This document shows positions 25,009 through 37,255 of a stretch of 64,000 nucleotides of DNA, one piece after another (within the stretch, counting starts at the first letter, position 1; each line of letters begins with the position of its first letter). A program made the position numbers and the translations under genes. The DNA comes from Octopus vulgaris (lineage: Eukaryota). The stretch covers positions 175,336,001 to 175,400,000 of the forward strand of contig OX597814.1 of NCBI GenBank assembly GCA_951406725.2, in the 5' to 3' direction. Under the pieces are notes generated by a model, which was not told the origin of the DNA, made no database searches, and saw only the letters and a list, made by a program, of their open reading frames with translations.

Positions 25009-25213
25009 GTTCAAGAATTTGGACCTGGAGATCTCCATTTCCAGCGACTTCGAGGGGCCACCTCCCAGTGGTGTCGGGTGTCAACAAAGAGCCCTCGACT
25101 ACCAAACAAGACGACCAAAGTTTTTTTTTTCCAAGGTCTGGGGTCTCCCGCCCCTAAGCCCTAGACATCACCTAATCACCCTTACCCGTCTTGTTGCTTA
25201 ACAACAACAACAA
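25009..25213 (+). mobile_element. About 200-bp structured retroposon with (AAC)n tail, copy 1
   Basis: Near-identical to 46984-47181. Confidence 0.8.
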
Positions 25214-25338
25214 CAGCAGTAGCAGAAGTAAGCTGTAGTAACATTACCACCAAGAAGAAGAGGGATTATTACTACTACTACTACTACTACTACTACGCCA
25301 CCAAACACCACCACCACCGCCACCACCACCACTACTTA

Positions 25339-25371
<33 letters not shown>

Positions 25372-25812
25372 TAGTAGCAGCAGCAGCAGCAGAAGCAGCA
25401 GAAATTCACAGTGTCAGAAGACTTAAACCGTTCAATCAAAAGAAACGCTCGCCTTCCCGTTTCGGAACGATCGATTCGGAGATATTTTCCTAACACTATT
25501 GGATGTCTGAAATCATTTTGTAATCGATGAAAGCAGAATAGAACCCACAATGAGGAAACAATCATTATTTTTGTTACTTGTTAGCTGCTTTTCGAGCGAT
25601 ACTGGAATTGATCGTTCGCCTAATTCCGTCCCATCCCAGTAAATCCGGATGCTGGACGTGAGCAGTGAATGGACAGAAGTCATTAATCAGTAAATAAATA
25701 GCAACACCGCTGCTTGATTGCTAGCTTTGGAGTTTTAATAAACATTGCCTATTCTATTATATATGGGAATGTGTTGGGCGTCTCTCTGTATGAGGGTATG
25801 GATGTCTGTAAA

Positions 25813-26045
25813 GGCGGCGAGCTGGCAGAAACGTTAGCACGCCGGGCGAAGTGCGTGGTCGTATTTCGTCTGCCGTTACGTTCTGAGTTCAAATTCCGCC
25901 GAGGTCGACTTTGTCTTTCATCCTTTCGGGGTCGATAAATTAAGTACCAGTTACACACTGGGGTCGATGTAATCGACTTAATTCGTGTGTCTGTCCTTGT
26001 TTGTCCCTACTCTATGTTTAGCCCCTTGTGGGTAATAAAGAAATA
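25813..26045 (+). mobile_element. Family-B SINE with 13-bp TSD
   Basis: TSD ggtatggatgtct at 25795-25807 and 26046-26058. Confidence 0.9.
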
Positions 26046-26235
26046 GGTATGGATGTCTACATGTGTTTGTGTGTGTGTGTGTGTGTGTATGCTTGCGTGA
26101 GTGTGTGTGGGTATGCATGTGTGAATGTTTGTGTATGTTCGTGTGAAGGTGGTTGCGCATTTAGGGATGGGTGATAAATGATTTTGGCTCATGTATGTGT
26201 ATGTGTGAGTGACAACAAAGAAAGAAAGAAAGAAA

Positions 26236-26281
<46 letters not shown>

Positions 26282-26590
26282 GAGAGAGAAAGGAAGAGAG
26301 AGAGAAAGAAAGAGAGAGAGAGATATGTAGTTTCGTGTAACTTGACATATGGAAGCGTTTAAACCAAAATATGGAAACATACTTTGACCATCTCATGGTA
26401 CCTTATGACATAGTAAACGGTCATGAAATCGTTTTGAAGTTAAATAATGTGCTTCCATGTGGTCGCTCGATCTGCTTGAAATAGCAACCATATCTCCTAA
26501 CAGTCGCATCCTCACACTTTAAGAATTAAATTAAGTTTTAGTTCCTGGTAATCTGATGATTACAAACTTTATATATCATTTTATTCTTAA

Positions 26591-26877
26591 CTAGCAGTAT
26601 CGCCCGGCGTTGCTCGGATTTGTAAGGGAAATAACTATATAAGCATTTTTAGAGAGTTACTTCCCTTATATAATAGCAAAAAATGCATTAAAAATAGGAA
26701 AAAATGATGGTAAATTTTTTTTAAAATCGTAGACGCGCGCTAATACCCAGAAGGGCTCGATATGAATCACGACTATAATATACCCGCTTTTGGTTACACT
26801 GCACCGCAAAATGTGGGAGTAGTTAGGAATCTAAATCGTAGGAGACAGACACACAACTTCACTTTTATATATAAAGA
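26591..26877 (-). mobile_element. Non-autonomous Helitron
   Basis: Minus strand reads 5'-TCTTTATATATAAAAG...ccgagcaacgccggg hairpin...CTAG-3'. It sits between A and T with no TSD, and the empty site is visible in the duplicate at 27265-27280. Confidence 0.9.
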
Positions 26878-26897
26878 TATGAGTTTAACAATCCTAA

Positions 26898-27128
26898 GGT
26901 GGTGAGCGGCAGAATCGTTAGCACACCAGACGACTTGCTTAGCGGTATTTCGTTTGCCGCTACGTTCTGAGTTCAAATTCCGCCGAGGTCCACTTTGCCT
27001 TTCATCCTTTCGGGGTCGATTAAATAAGTACCAGTTACGCACTGGGGTCGATATAATCGACTTAATCTGTTTGTCTGTCCTAGTTTGTCCTCTCTGTGTT
27101 TGGCCCCTTGTGGGTAGTAAAGAAATAA
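26898..27128 (+). mobile_element. Family-B SINE
   Basis: Consensus-like body and ..gtaaagaaat tail. Confidence 0.88.
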
Positions 27129-27452
27129 ATATGTGCTTCCATGTGGTCGCTCGATCTGCTTGAAATAGCAACCATATCTCCTAACAATCGCATCCTCACA
27201 CTTTAAGAACTAAATTAAGTTTTAGTTCCTGGTAATCTGATGATTACAAACTTTATATATCATTTTATTCTTAATATGAGTCTAAAAATCCTAAGGTGAT
27301 GAGCGGCAGAATCGTTAGAGCGCCGGAAAAAATGCTTAGCAGTATTTCATCCGGTGAGCTGGCAGAATAGCTAGCGTACCGGAAAAAAATTCTTAGTGGC
27401 GTTTCTTCCGACTTTACGTTTTGAGTTCAAATGCGCCGGAGGTTGACATTAC

Positions 27453-27901
27453 GGATCTTTTCCTTTTGATAGCCAGATTTCAACACAATTTCTAGTTAAC
27501 TAAATAATTTAAAACTTCGTATACTGGTAGAATGTGTCAAAAGAAAACATTATCTGGATCTTTTCCTTTTGATAGCCAGATTTCAACACAATTTCTAGTT
27601 AACTAAACACTTTAAAACTTCGTATACTGGTAGAATGTATCGAAAGAAAACATTATTTTCACTTGACTTTTTTGATAAATTTGTAATTTGTAAGTTTAAC
27701 GTAGTTTAATTCTTCGAATTTTAACCAATGAATCGCCTGCATTTGAGCTGAAATCATTTGCTGCGTCTAAAAACTGAGACAACATCCTGTTACTGTTACG
27801 TAAACAGCGCGCACACACACGTGTTACCAGTATACGAAGTTTTAAAGTGTTTAGTTAACTAGAAATTGTGTTGAAATCTGGCTATCAAAAGGAAAAGATC
27901 C
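27453..27901. mobile_element. Merlin-like MITE, long-TIR subfamily, with a duplicated left end, inserted into a SINE
   Basis: About 76-bp TIRs starting GGATCTTTTCCTTTTGATAGCC; perfect 8-bp TSD gacattac; left 103 bp repeated at 27556. Confidence 0.9.
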
Positions 27902-28196
27902 GACATTACCTTTCATCTTTTGGGGTGGGGGCAATAAAATAAGCACCAGGTGAGCACTGGGGTTGATGTAATCCACTTATCCCACCCCCCAGAATTGCTG
28001 GTATTGTGCAAAAATTTGAAAGTAATATGTGTCTAACATTCATACATTCCGAAAGTCACAGGTGACTTTTAACAAGGATCGAAACTGGCTCCCTCGCCAT
28101 ATATAATTAGGTAATAAGTTACAAATTTTGGCACACGACTATTTTGAGGTAATAGTTGGTAATAAGAATCATCCATAACATCTAAACGAATTACTA

Positions 28197-28765
28197 CCTA
28201 TTTCTTTACTACCCACAAGGGGCTAAACACAGAGTGGACAAACAAGGACAGACAAACGGATTAAATCGATTACATCGACCACACTGCGTAACTGGTACTT
28301 AATTTATCGACCGCGAAAGGATGAAAGGCAAAGTCGACCTCGGCGGAATTTGAACTCAGAACGTAGCGGCAGACGAAATACCTATTTCTTTACTACCCAC
28401 AAGGGGCTAAATACAGAGGAAACAAACAAGGACAGACAGACGGATTAAGTCGATTATATCGACCCCAATGCGTAACTGGTACTTAATTTATCGACCGCGA
28501 AAGGATGAAAAGCAAAGTCGACCTCGGCCGAATTTGAACTCAGAACGTAACGCCAGACGAAATACCTATTTCTTTACTACCCACAAGGGGCTAAACACAG
28601 AGGAGACAATCAAGGACAGACAAACGGATTAAGTCGATTACATCGACCCCAGTGCGTAACTGGTACTTAATTTATCGACCCCGAAAGGATGAAAGGCAAA
28701 GTCGACCTCGGCGGAATTTGAACTCAGAACGGCGTGCTAATGTTTCTGCCAACTCGCCGCCTTTA
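28197..28765 (-). mobile_element. Family-B SINE trimer (one head and three ~184-bp bodies)
   Basis: Unit junctions read gacgaaatac|ctatttcttt; a single flanking TSD gaattactacc. Confidence 0.9.
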
Positions 28766-29324
28766 AAGGAATTACTACCATGAAGTCCCGCGTATTTCAA
28801 CGTAAGCCACGTTCTTTCATTCTTTCTTTTGCTAATACCAATTATTAGATTCTGTTTATGCTGGGATTTCATGTTCATCTTTATCACATCTCACATCTTC
28901 ATTTCTAAGAAGTAATTTTGTATTTCTTCACTCGAATTATTAATTAATTTCTCTGCGTTTATAAACATCAATAACATTCTTTTAATTATATTTCACATTT
29001 TTATAGGGTTCTGAAATTAGTTTTAATAAGTGCCATCGTCGCCATCCTCTACGGAAGCTTTAATATCTCCTTTGAGAAGTGAAACACACCGAAGACCGAT
29101 TAGAGAAAATAAACCAAAGGAGTGACCTTATATGGAATTGCATTATATACTTAGTAAGTTTAGAGAATCAGGGGCCACTTAGTAGTGGTAGAATGTATCA
29201 TAACAGAACACAAATTTACATGTGTATCTTTATGTATATTTATATAAATGGCGTTCAGGAAATATATTCGTCGTAAAAAGTATAACCAAAGGCAAAAAGT
29301 GTGCGTGTGTGCATATGTGTGTAT

Positions 29325-29628
29325 GTGATCACGTGACCGACCAGACCATCAGATGTTGTTACACATCGCTGGTCACAATGCGTTCGCCTTGTTTTAGCCT
29401 TCGAATGACGCCACCCCGCTGGCTAAGCGAGCAGGCCAACAGAAGAAAGAGTGGAAGAAAGAGTGGTGAAAGAGTGCAGCAGGGATCACCACCCTCTGCC
29501 GGAGCCTCGTGGAGCTTTTAGGTGTTTTCGCTCAATAAACACACACAACGCCCGGTCTGGGAATCGAAACCGCGATCCTGCGACCGCGAGTCCGCTGCCC
29601 TAACCACTAGGCCATTGCGCCTCCACAT
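29325..29628 (-). mobile_element. tRNA-derived SINE, family C
   Basis: Minus strand ggaggcgcaaTGGCCTAGTGGttagggcagcggactcgcggtcgcaggatcgcgGTTTCGATTCC gives A and B boxes; inserted in (ATAC)/(AC) repeats. Confidence 0.85.
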
Positions 29629-30097
29629 GTGTGTATGTATGTATGTATGTATGTATGTATGTGTAATTATACCTCTATATGTTTATAATCATTATTATTG
29701 TTGTTATTATTAGTTGTTTCATTTAATAATGCTATTGAAAATTAGATTCGATTGAATTCCCACGATGCATATCGGCAACTTAAAAAAGTGATGCAAAACA
29801 AGATACAGAACGAATGGTTATGACAGGCTTTTTAAAATCGAAATTAATGTAGGCGGCAGCGGCTGCTAAATGATTGAGTCGTTAGCGCGACGGATGATGT
29901 GCTTTTGTATTTGGTACATTTGATTTCTGCAGTCAGACTTCAAATGCAGCAGAGGTTGTTCTCACTTTCCGTTCCTTGCGGGGCGATAATTAAGTAACAG
30001 TCGTGTGCAGGGTCGTTCCCGCCTTTCTCTCTTTCTCTCTCTTTCAGAACCGGAAGCGATGAAGGGTACAAGAATGAGCACTTACATAAGATAACAG

Positions 30098-30785
30098 AAG
30101 GCAAAGTCGACCTCGGCGGAATTCGAACCTAGAACGTAGCGATATATGAAATACTTATTTCTTTACTACCCACAAGGGGCTAAACACAGAGGAGACAAAC
30201 AAGGACAGACAGACGGATTAAGTCGATTATATCGACATCAGTGCATAACTGGTACTTATTTAATCGACCCCGAAAGGATGAAAGGCAAAGTCGACCTCGG
30301 CGGAATTTGAATTCAGAACGTAGCGACATATGAAATACTTATTTCTTTACTACCCACAAGGGGCTAAACACAGATGAGACAAACAAGGACAGACAAACGG
30401 ATTAAGTCGAGTATATCGACCCCAGTGCGTAACTGGTGCTTAATTTATCGACCCCGAAAGGATGAAAGGCCAAGTCAACCTCGGCGGAATTTGAACTCAG
30501 AACGTAACGGCAGACGAAATACTGCTAAGCATTTCACCCGGCGTGCTAAAGATTCTTATTTCTTTATTGCCCACAAGGGGATAAACATAGAGGGGACAAA
30601 CAAGGACAAACAAACGGATAAAGTCGATTTTATCGACCCAGTGCGTAACTGGTACTTAATTTATCGACCCCGAAAGGATGAAAGGTAAAGTGGACCTCGG
30701 CGGAATTTGAACTCAGAACGTAGCGACATATGAAATACTGCCAAGCATTTCGCCCGGTGTGCTAACGATTCTGCCAGCTCGCTAC
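30098..30785 (-). mobile_element. Family-B SINE multimer (about 4 units)
   Basis: Repeated ~184-bp bodies with the same junction type; two head remnants. Confidence 0.88.
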
Positions 30786-30896
30786 CTTTCTATATACTAG
30801 AACAAAAAATTGTAAGGATAAAACATTAGAATTAACCACTATCAAACTTGGTGCATAAGAAAATCGGACATTCCATTCTTAATGACCTGACAGAAA

Positions 30897-31107
30897 GGCA
30901 GCGAGCTGGCGGAATCGTTAGTACGCCTGGCGAAATGCTTAGCGGTGTTTCGCAGGTCGTTACGTTCGGAGTTCAAATTCCGCGAAGGACGACTTTGCCT
31001 GTCATCCTTTCGAGGTCGATAAATTAAGTATCAGAGGTACACTGGGGTCGATGTAATCGACTTAACCCCTCCCCCAAAATTTCTGCCCTCGTGGAAAAAT
31101 TTGAAAC

Positions 31108-31110
<3 letters not shown>
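30897..31110 (+). mobile_element. Family-B SINE, alternative-tail subfamily (..ccccaaaattt..aaatttgaaacc)
   Basis: Same head and core, different 3' tail ending in (ATT)n. Confidence 0.85.
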
Positions 31111-31147
<37 letters not shown>

Positions 31148-31148
31148 G

Positions 31149-31700
31149 AGTGAGAGAGCAGTGCATGCCATCAAAGTGACACTGGGGTAAAATATACGAA
31201 GCCCAATATACCCATCATGACTACCCGTTTGATAAGGGTACACTAGGTACATGCATCACAACCATATGTGACATGGTGATCTCATATCAAGACAAACAGC
31301 GCATGACCTTGCAGGTGGGGCCCAGTTAGAATTTTCTTCTGGTCGAGTAACCCATCCTGCTCAAAAGGTCCCTAAATAAGGGTTGTTTAAGGATGTTGAA
31401 CGAAACACCCATGTTTCCAGAGGTGAATTATTCAAACCCCCAAAGAATCCCTCTCAACACATGGCTATGATGCTCCCCTACTACTTCTGCTCGTGATCAG
31501 AGATGCACATATTGTCAGCCACTACGGGACATGCTCAACTGGTTAAGGTTAAACAACTGACAAGCAAATCTGTGGTATTGAGCAGAATATTTGCTGTAGC
31601 CCATCTTTTATACCAAGACAAAACAATGTACATGACAACACTTCCAATCATTTAAGATCAGAAGCCACGAGAGTCACTGTCTGATACTGCATCAGGGCAT
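31149..31700. mobile_element. About 550-bp element inserted in a (TTA)n microsatellite
   Basis: Sharp boundaries with (TTA)n on both sides; no ORF of note. Confidence 0.6.
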
Positions 31701-31718
31701 TTATTATAATTATTATTA

Positions 31719-31767
<49 letters not shown>

Positions 31768-32569
31768 TATAATTTTGCTTTTCATTTGTCAATATACGAC
31801 AGAGGAATGTTAAATGAATTTATTGAATTATTTCTACCCTTAGGGATGGAAATATTTGTTATTTTGTTCCCGTTTTGCGCAAAATGTTTTACGATATGGT
31901 TACTGTGGAGGCGGCGGGAGGTGATTCCGTTAATGGTAGCAACCATCTAACTCCGGAGGAGGGAAATATTTTAAATATTTTTATTTTTAATGTTTTTAAT
32001 AATTAAAAAAAAATATCACAATTATATTAAAGGCGGATAATAATACTATACTGAATAGTGAGCAGAATGGCAACGGTAGCAAAATGTGGAATCTGAAAGC
32101 AAAGTGTCTTTCCAGATGCTGTTGTTTCATGCTGGCAGTTTGATCCAAATTTAATGGAAGAAAAACATTCAAAATATTCGGTAATACTTCACATAACAGA
32201 AGCGCAAAAACAAAGCCTCTTATTACTTTTGGATATCTCCCCACATGATGACACACGTAAATTCGCCTGAAGAAGATTATGAGAAAATTATAAAATAACA
32301 CCAGACATTAAATCATATGAAGAAAACTCTTTCTTGGAGTTTAGTTGATGTGTTATTTAATCATAAACAAAATGAAAAACATTAATGCTTATGCAGCATG
32401 ATTATCCGATGGATATACAAACTTGTGTTCCTTTTGTAAACAAAGCGATTGTTTGAAGGTGGAAAACAGTAATATTAATAGAAATCAATCCTTGGTCTGT
32501 TGATGTCTTGTTGCATGAGTTTTGTTAAATTACCGACATGCTTACAGTGTTTGTTTTTCATACTAAATA

Positions 32570-32972
32570 GTGGTTTTAGAATTTGGCACGAAGCCAGAAA
32601 CAGTTTCGGGTGAGGGGCTAGGTCGATTACATCGACCACACTGCTCAACTGCTACATATTTTATCGACCCCCGAAAGGATGAAAGGCGAAGTCGACTTCG
32701 GCGGAATTTGAACTCAGAACGTAAAGGTGGACAAAATACCTTTTTCTTTACTAACAACAAGGGGCTAAACACAGAAGGGACAAACAAGGACAGACAAACG
32801 GATTAAGTCGATTACATCGACTCCAGTACGCAACTGGTACTTATTTAATCGACCCCGAAAGGATGAAAGGCAAAGTCGACCTCGGCGGAATTTGAATTCA
32901 GAACGTAGAGGCGGACGAAATGCCGCTATGCATTTTGCCCGGCGTGCTTACGATTCTGCCTACTCGCCGCCT
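32570..32972 (-). mobile_element. Chimeric family-B SINE dimer (two tail types) with 16-bp TSD
   Basis: TSD tttttcatactaaata on both sides. Confidence 0.85.
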
Positions 32973-33489
32973 TTTTTTCATACTAAATATTACTATGAGA
33001 TATATCCAATGATTTTAGTCGTCAATGAGTTTGTAAATTAATTAAATTAATTGACTTTGCTAAATACATTGTATAGTCATAAAGGATTCTCATATTTAGT
33101 ATACAGCTTGTACATGAATGCAGTGAAGGCTAAAATCTTATATCCCACAATAGCCTTTAGTATAAATCATGGATAAATACAAACGTTAACTTTAAATAAA
33201 CGTGTATTCCGTGGTGATGTCAGAGAAATACTGAGCCATTCCATGTCTTCTCCTGGTAAATGCCCAGGGGTAAATAGTTTGAGATTGGTGGTAGTGAGTA
33301 GAAAATCCAGATGGTTCAAGTTCAGGGACAAAGGATATTTAAAACCCTACTTTCAGAAAAAAAAAGCAAATTAAGCAAAATTAAACAAAACTGGGAAAAT
33401 TTGACAGCTGTTGTTGCCCCTATCCATTAAGCCACGCGCCTTCACTAAGGTTATACTAAGCATCGACTGAAACACGTTAAGCATACACT

Positions 33490-34020
33490 TCTGGAGTACT
33501 TTGAAGGTAACCATGAACAATTTCCAGAATTACTTGTCATAACAGTGGTACCGAGGAGTACTATACGTTCGGAACAAGCTGTACAGATATGGTAATGCGA
33601 ATAACAGGATATACTCCATATGCAGTGGGATGCATGAAACAATCATGCACACTCTCACCAACTCTGAATCACCTCTGTTGCTAGTCTGCTACGAATACTT
33701 GCTGCATTGTAATTGACGAATATAGTTATTCATCAAGTACGAAGTAAACCCTCTCTCGGTGCTTTCTTTATCTTTAACAAAAAATATCGGGAAGTGTCTG
33801 GTACATTTGTGTTGAGTGAATATGATAATTTTGTTCTACAAATTGTGTGTCTTGTGGCTATGGTTGCGTAGTGAACGAGAGTGGTAATGCATGTGATGAG
33901 GGGCGCATGCAGTCATTCATAACCCCATTATTGTATAATCATCTCATCATATTCGTTCTATGTATTGTCCCCTCTGTGGTGTCCTGTCTATATTTGGGCC
34001 CGTGTGGCTAATAGAGAAAT
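33490..34020 (+). pseudogene. L1/Tx1-clade LINE 3' fragment (zf-RVT region and 3' end)
   Basis: QWYRGVLYVRNKLYRYG..IYSICSGMHETIMHTL is a decayed W...L.V...L....C..C...ET..H motif; the element ends ..gcccgtgtggctaatagagaaat. Confidence 0.7.
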
Positions 34021-34039
34021 CGAGAGTTAAAGTTTTAAA

Positions 34040-35845
34040 GTCAAATATTTTCAGCTTAAAGGAATATTTCTTGGTATTCTTTTAGTGCCCCTTGAAGTGG
34101 ATGGTAAGGTTGGTAAAAGAAGTTCTGACCTCCAGTAAATTTTATGCAAGATGGATGAATAGCAAGTATCGCTTGGATAGAGGCTGAGTTCTGTATATTT
34201 TAGCCACCTTTGAGATTTTTCGTACCCATTCTTATCTGTTCGGTCGTGTTGGATTTTGGTTATGTAGATTTTATTAGCTGTGTCTTACCATGACATTTTG
34301 TAATACTGATTTCAATTTGATTTTTCATTTTTTAAAAAGTAGTTTCCTCTAGTGTTTCTTTACCCTCTTCTTAATTTCTGTTGTTACCGCGGCCCTGTTT
34401 TATACTTTTCTGAAGGCAGAAAACAATTTTCCTTTTGTTCATATTTTATAAAATTTTATATTACTTTCTCTTTATTCGCTCCTATTTATTTCTGAAGCTA
34501 CACAATAGTTAATTTATAATAATTTTCTGAGTTGTTGGAAAATATCTCTCTATCATTGTTTTTCTCAGTTTCCTGCTTAGTCTCGTCAATTCACGTAGAT
34601 TACTGTTGAGAACAATATTATTTTAACTCGTGGAAATAGAAGTCATTTGTTATATTTCACCTTGTCTTTGGCATATACTTGTTTTAGGAAGTAATTTAAT
34701 ACGTTTATAATAATCATTTCTAATCCTTTCTTTCATTTTAAGGTGTTATGTATTGTCTAGATCACTAACTAATTCAGAAGTATTTGTCCGTATTTGAACA
34801 GTGTTAATAGTTTTAGCTGATTTTATCTTGTTTTGGTTATTTCTTTAAACCGTATTTTATACCAAATTTTCTACTGAGTACTGTCACGCTATGTAAGGGG
34901 ATTTTTTGTTATTTGTAGCATGAAGTTCAAATCATCGGATCTTTTCGGTTTGAACGACAGTTTTTTCTAGCGGTGTCATATGAAATTGTCACCCATAATT
35001 ATGACCCTAGTATCGATCTATTGCATTTCAATGTTTTAGGGTTAGGGGTGGGGAGAAGGGTAATTTTTTTTCTTCACAAATGTAAATAAACCCAAACTGT
35101 TTCTTAAACGAGGGAATATTCATACGGCACAATGTTTTTTTTACCTCAATAGACGTCAGTGATTGGTTGAAATTGCAGAAATTGAAGAAAAAAACAACAA
35201 ATATCTTACAAACTATAGAATTTTCTCAATAAAGCCAAGAGAAAAGATGTTTTATAAACGCATTATACCAGTATACGAAGTTTAAAAGTGTTTAGTTACG
35301 TGGAAATTATTTAAAAAAACTGCCGTTCAAACCGAAAAGATCCAAATCATTTCTATGCAGGAGATGATTGAATGCCATCTCATAGCACTTGTATTCACAC
35401 TTATTCTTGTTTAGCAATTTGTTTAAAACTGTTAGCATCTAGCAGACAGAAAAAAAGTGCCGAGAAAAAGCGAGGAGGAAGTCTCCTTGGAATATTGCTC
35501 TTCTAATAGAGATGGATTTCTTTCTTCAAAAATATTTTCGATTTATTCATAATATGTTAGATGTATCATGATATGTTAGATGTATCATTTGTTATCTGTG
35601 TTATCTCACTCATGACTAATATTTCTGGAAACCATGACTAGAGAACACAGTCAAAAGACTTCTGATAATCTATCCATGCCATGCTCATATATAATTTTAT
35701 CAATCTTCAGTTTGTTGATCAGTAACTGCTCTTTACACTCAAATTAGCTTTACCGTCACCATTCTACTCTTCTTGAAGTATTCTTATTTTCGCATGGCAA
35801 TTTCTTGCGTTGTCAAATCAATTTGTCACTGTTATTTATGAGAAA
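34040..35845 (-). pseudogene. Decayed R4/Dong-clade reverse transcriptase, split by a MITE
   Basis: CKEQLLINK; MSMAWIDYQKSFDCVL*SW; ISIRRAIFQGD; NHLL..DDL|LHATN across the MITE. Confidence 0.8.
34937..35343 (+). mobile_element. Merlin-like MITE
   Basis: Both TIRs present; 8-bp TSD aaatcatc/aaatcatt. Confidence 0.9.
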
Positions 35846-35859
35846 AAGGATACCCTTTC

Positions 35860-36583
35860 CTCCACCTCTAACCCTAACCATAACCCTAACCCCACATATA
35901 TAAAAAAATTTTTTTTACGGAAAGTGATGATCTTCTTCAAATGTAAACAAATACACGTGTGTGGCCATAAACTGAGGGGTCACTCGTAAACAGAGCTGGA
36001 TAACAAAACTATTCCCTCATATAGTGTCCACCCATAATTATGACCCTAGTATCGATCTATTGCATTTCAATCTATTTTAGGGTTAGGGGTTAGGGGTGGG
36101 GGAAGGGTATCTTTTTTCTTCAGAAATGTAAATAAACCCTATCTGTTTCTTAAACGAATATATAATATGTAATGTGTGTATCTGTGCAACAGAGAGGAAA
36201 ATTAAAACTGCAAATGTTGTGAACTTAGAATATGTGTTTATTAATAAAAGTTTAATAACGATAATCTTTTATTCATACGAACGTAACTGATATGAAATAT
36301 GTCATAAATAACAGTGAGAAATTGATATGACACCGCCGCAAGAAATTGTTGTTGACAAACAACCACAGAAATTGTATTCACCTCAATAGACGTCATTGAT
36401 TGGTTAAAATTGCCGAAATGCAAGAAATTTAACAAGAAATAGCTTACAAACTACAGAATTTTCTCAAAAAAGCCATGAGAAAAAGATGTTTTATGTAACA
36501 CATTCTACCAGTATACGAAGTTTAAAAGTGTTTAGTTACAAAGAAATTATTTTAAAAATCTGCCGGTCAAAGTGAAAAGATCC
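35860..36583 (+). mobile_element. Rearranged relative of the Merlin-like MITE
   Basis: TTAGGG tract in both orientations (35863-35891 and 36077-36118); right TIR ..gaaaagatcc at 36583. Another decayed piece lies at about 37520-37760. Confidence 0.7.
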
Positions 36584-36912
36584 ATTTACAGAACTAGAGG
36601 GCTTAAGTCCAGCCGTTTATTTAGATTGTCACAATTTTTATCGAGCATCAGTTTATTTATTTTAAGTGATGAGAATTCTGCATCTGCTTTATGAATTAAT
36701 TTCAAAGTATGCATTTATTAAAAGAATTTGTGATGTTGATCTGTTTTGTGTTCTGTTAATGTATTTCTACGCAATCATTAGTGCGAACATGATACAGATA
36801 TTCATTAGCAGTTTTCATATCAAAAAACAAAACAACAACGCTATTTCATCAATGTTAATGCATGTTATTTAACTAGATACTACTTCATCTAAGTGTGATT
36901 CGTTATCATATG

Positions 36913-37255
36913 TTTCTTTATTACCCACAAGGGGATAAACATAGAGGGGACAAACAAGGACAGACATAGATATTAAGTCGATTACATCGACCCCAGTGCG
37001 TAACTGGTACTTAATTAAGTACCAGTTACGCACTGGAGTCGATGTAATCGACTTAATATCTATGTCTGTCCTTGTTTGTCCCCTCTATGTTTAGCCCCTT
37101 GTGGGTAATAAAGAAATAAATACTTAATTTATTGACCCCGAAAGGATGAAAGGCAAAGTCGACCTCGGCGGAATTTGAACTCAGAACGTAACGGCAGACG
37201 AAATACGGCTACGCATTTCGCCCGGCGTGCTAACGATTCTGCCAGCTCGCCGCCT
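36913..37255 (-). mobile_element. Family-B SINE containing a 204-bp spacerless palindrome
   Basis: Arms 36913-37014 and 37015-37116 with 2 mismatches; 14-bp TSD tgattcgttatcat. Confidence 0.92.

Noticed and set aside
29550-29625. Possible tRNA gene
   Set aside because: A and B boxes are present, but there is no acceptor-stem closure and it continues into a SINE body.
28197-30785. Regular ~184-bp repeats as a CRISPR-like or satellite array
   Set aside because: The units are SINE bodies with no unique spacers, there are no cas genes, and the context is eukaryotic.
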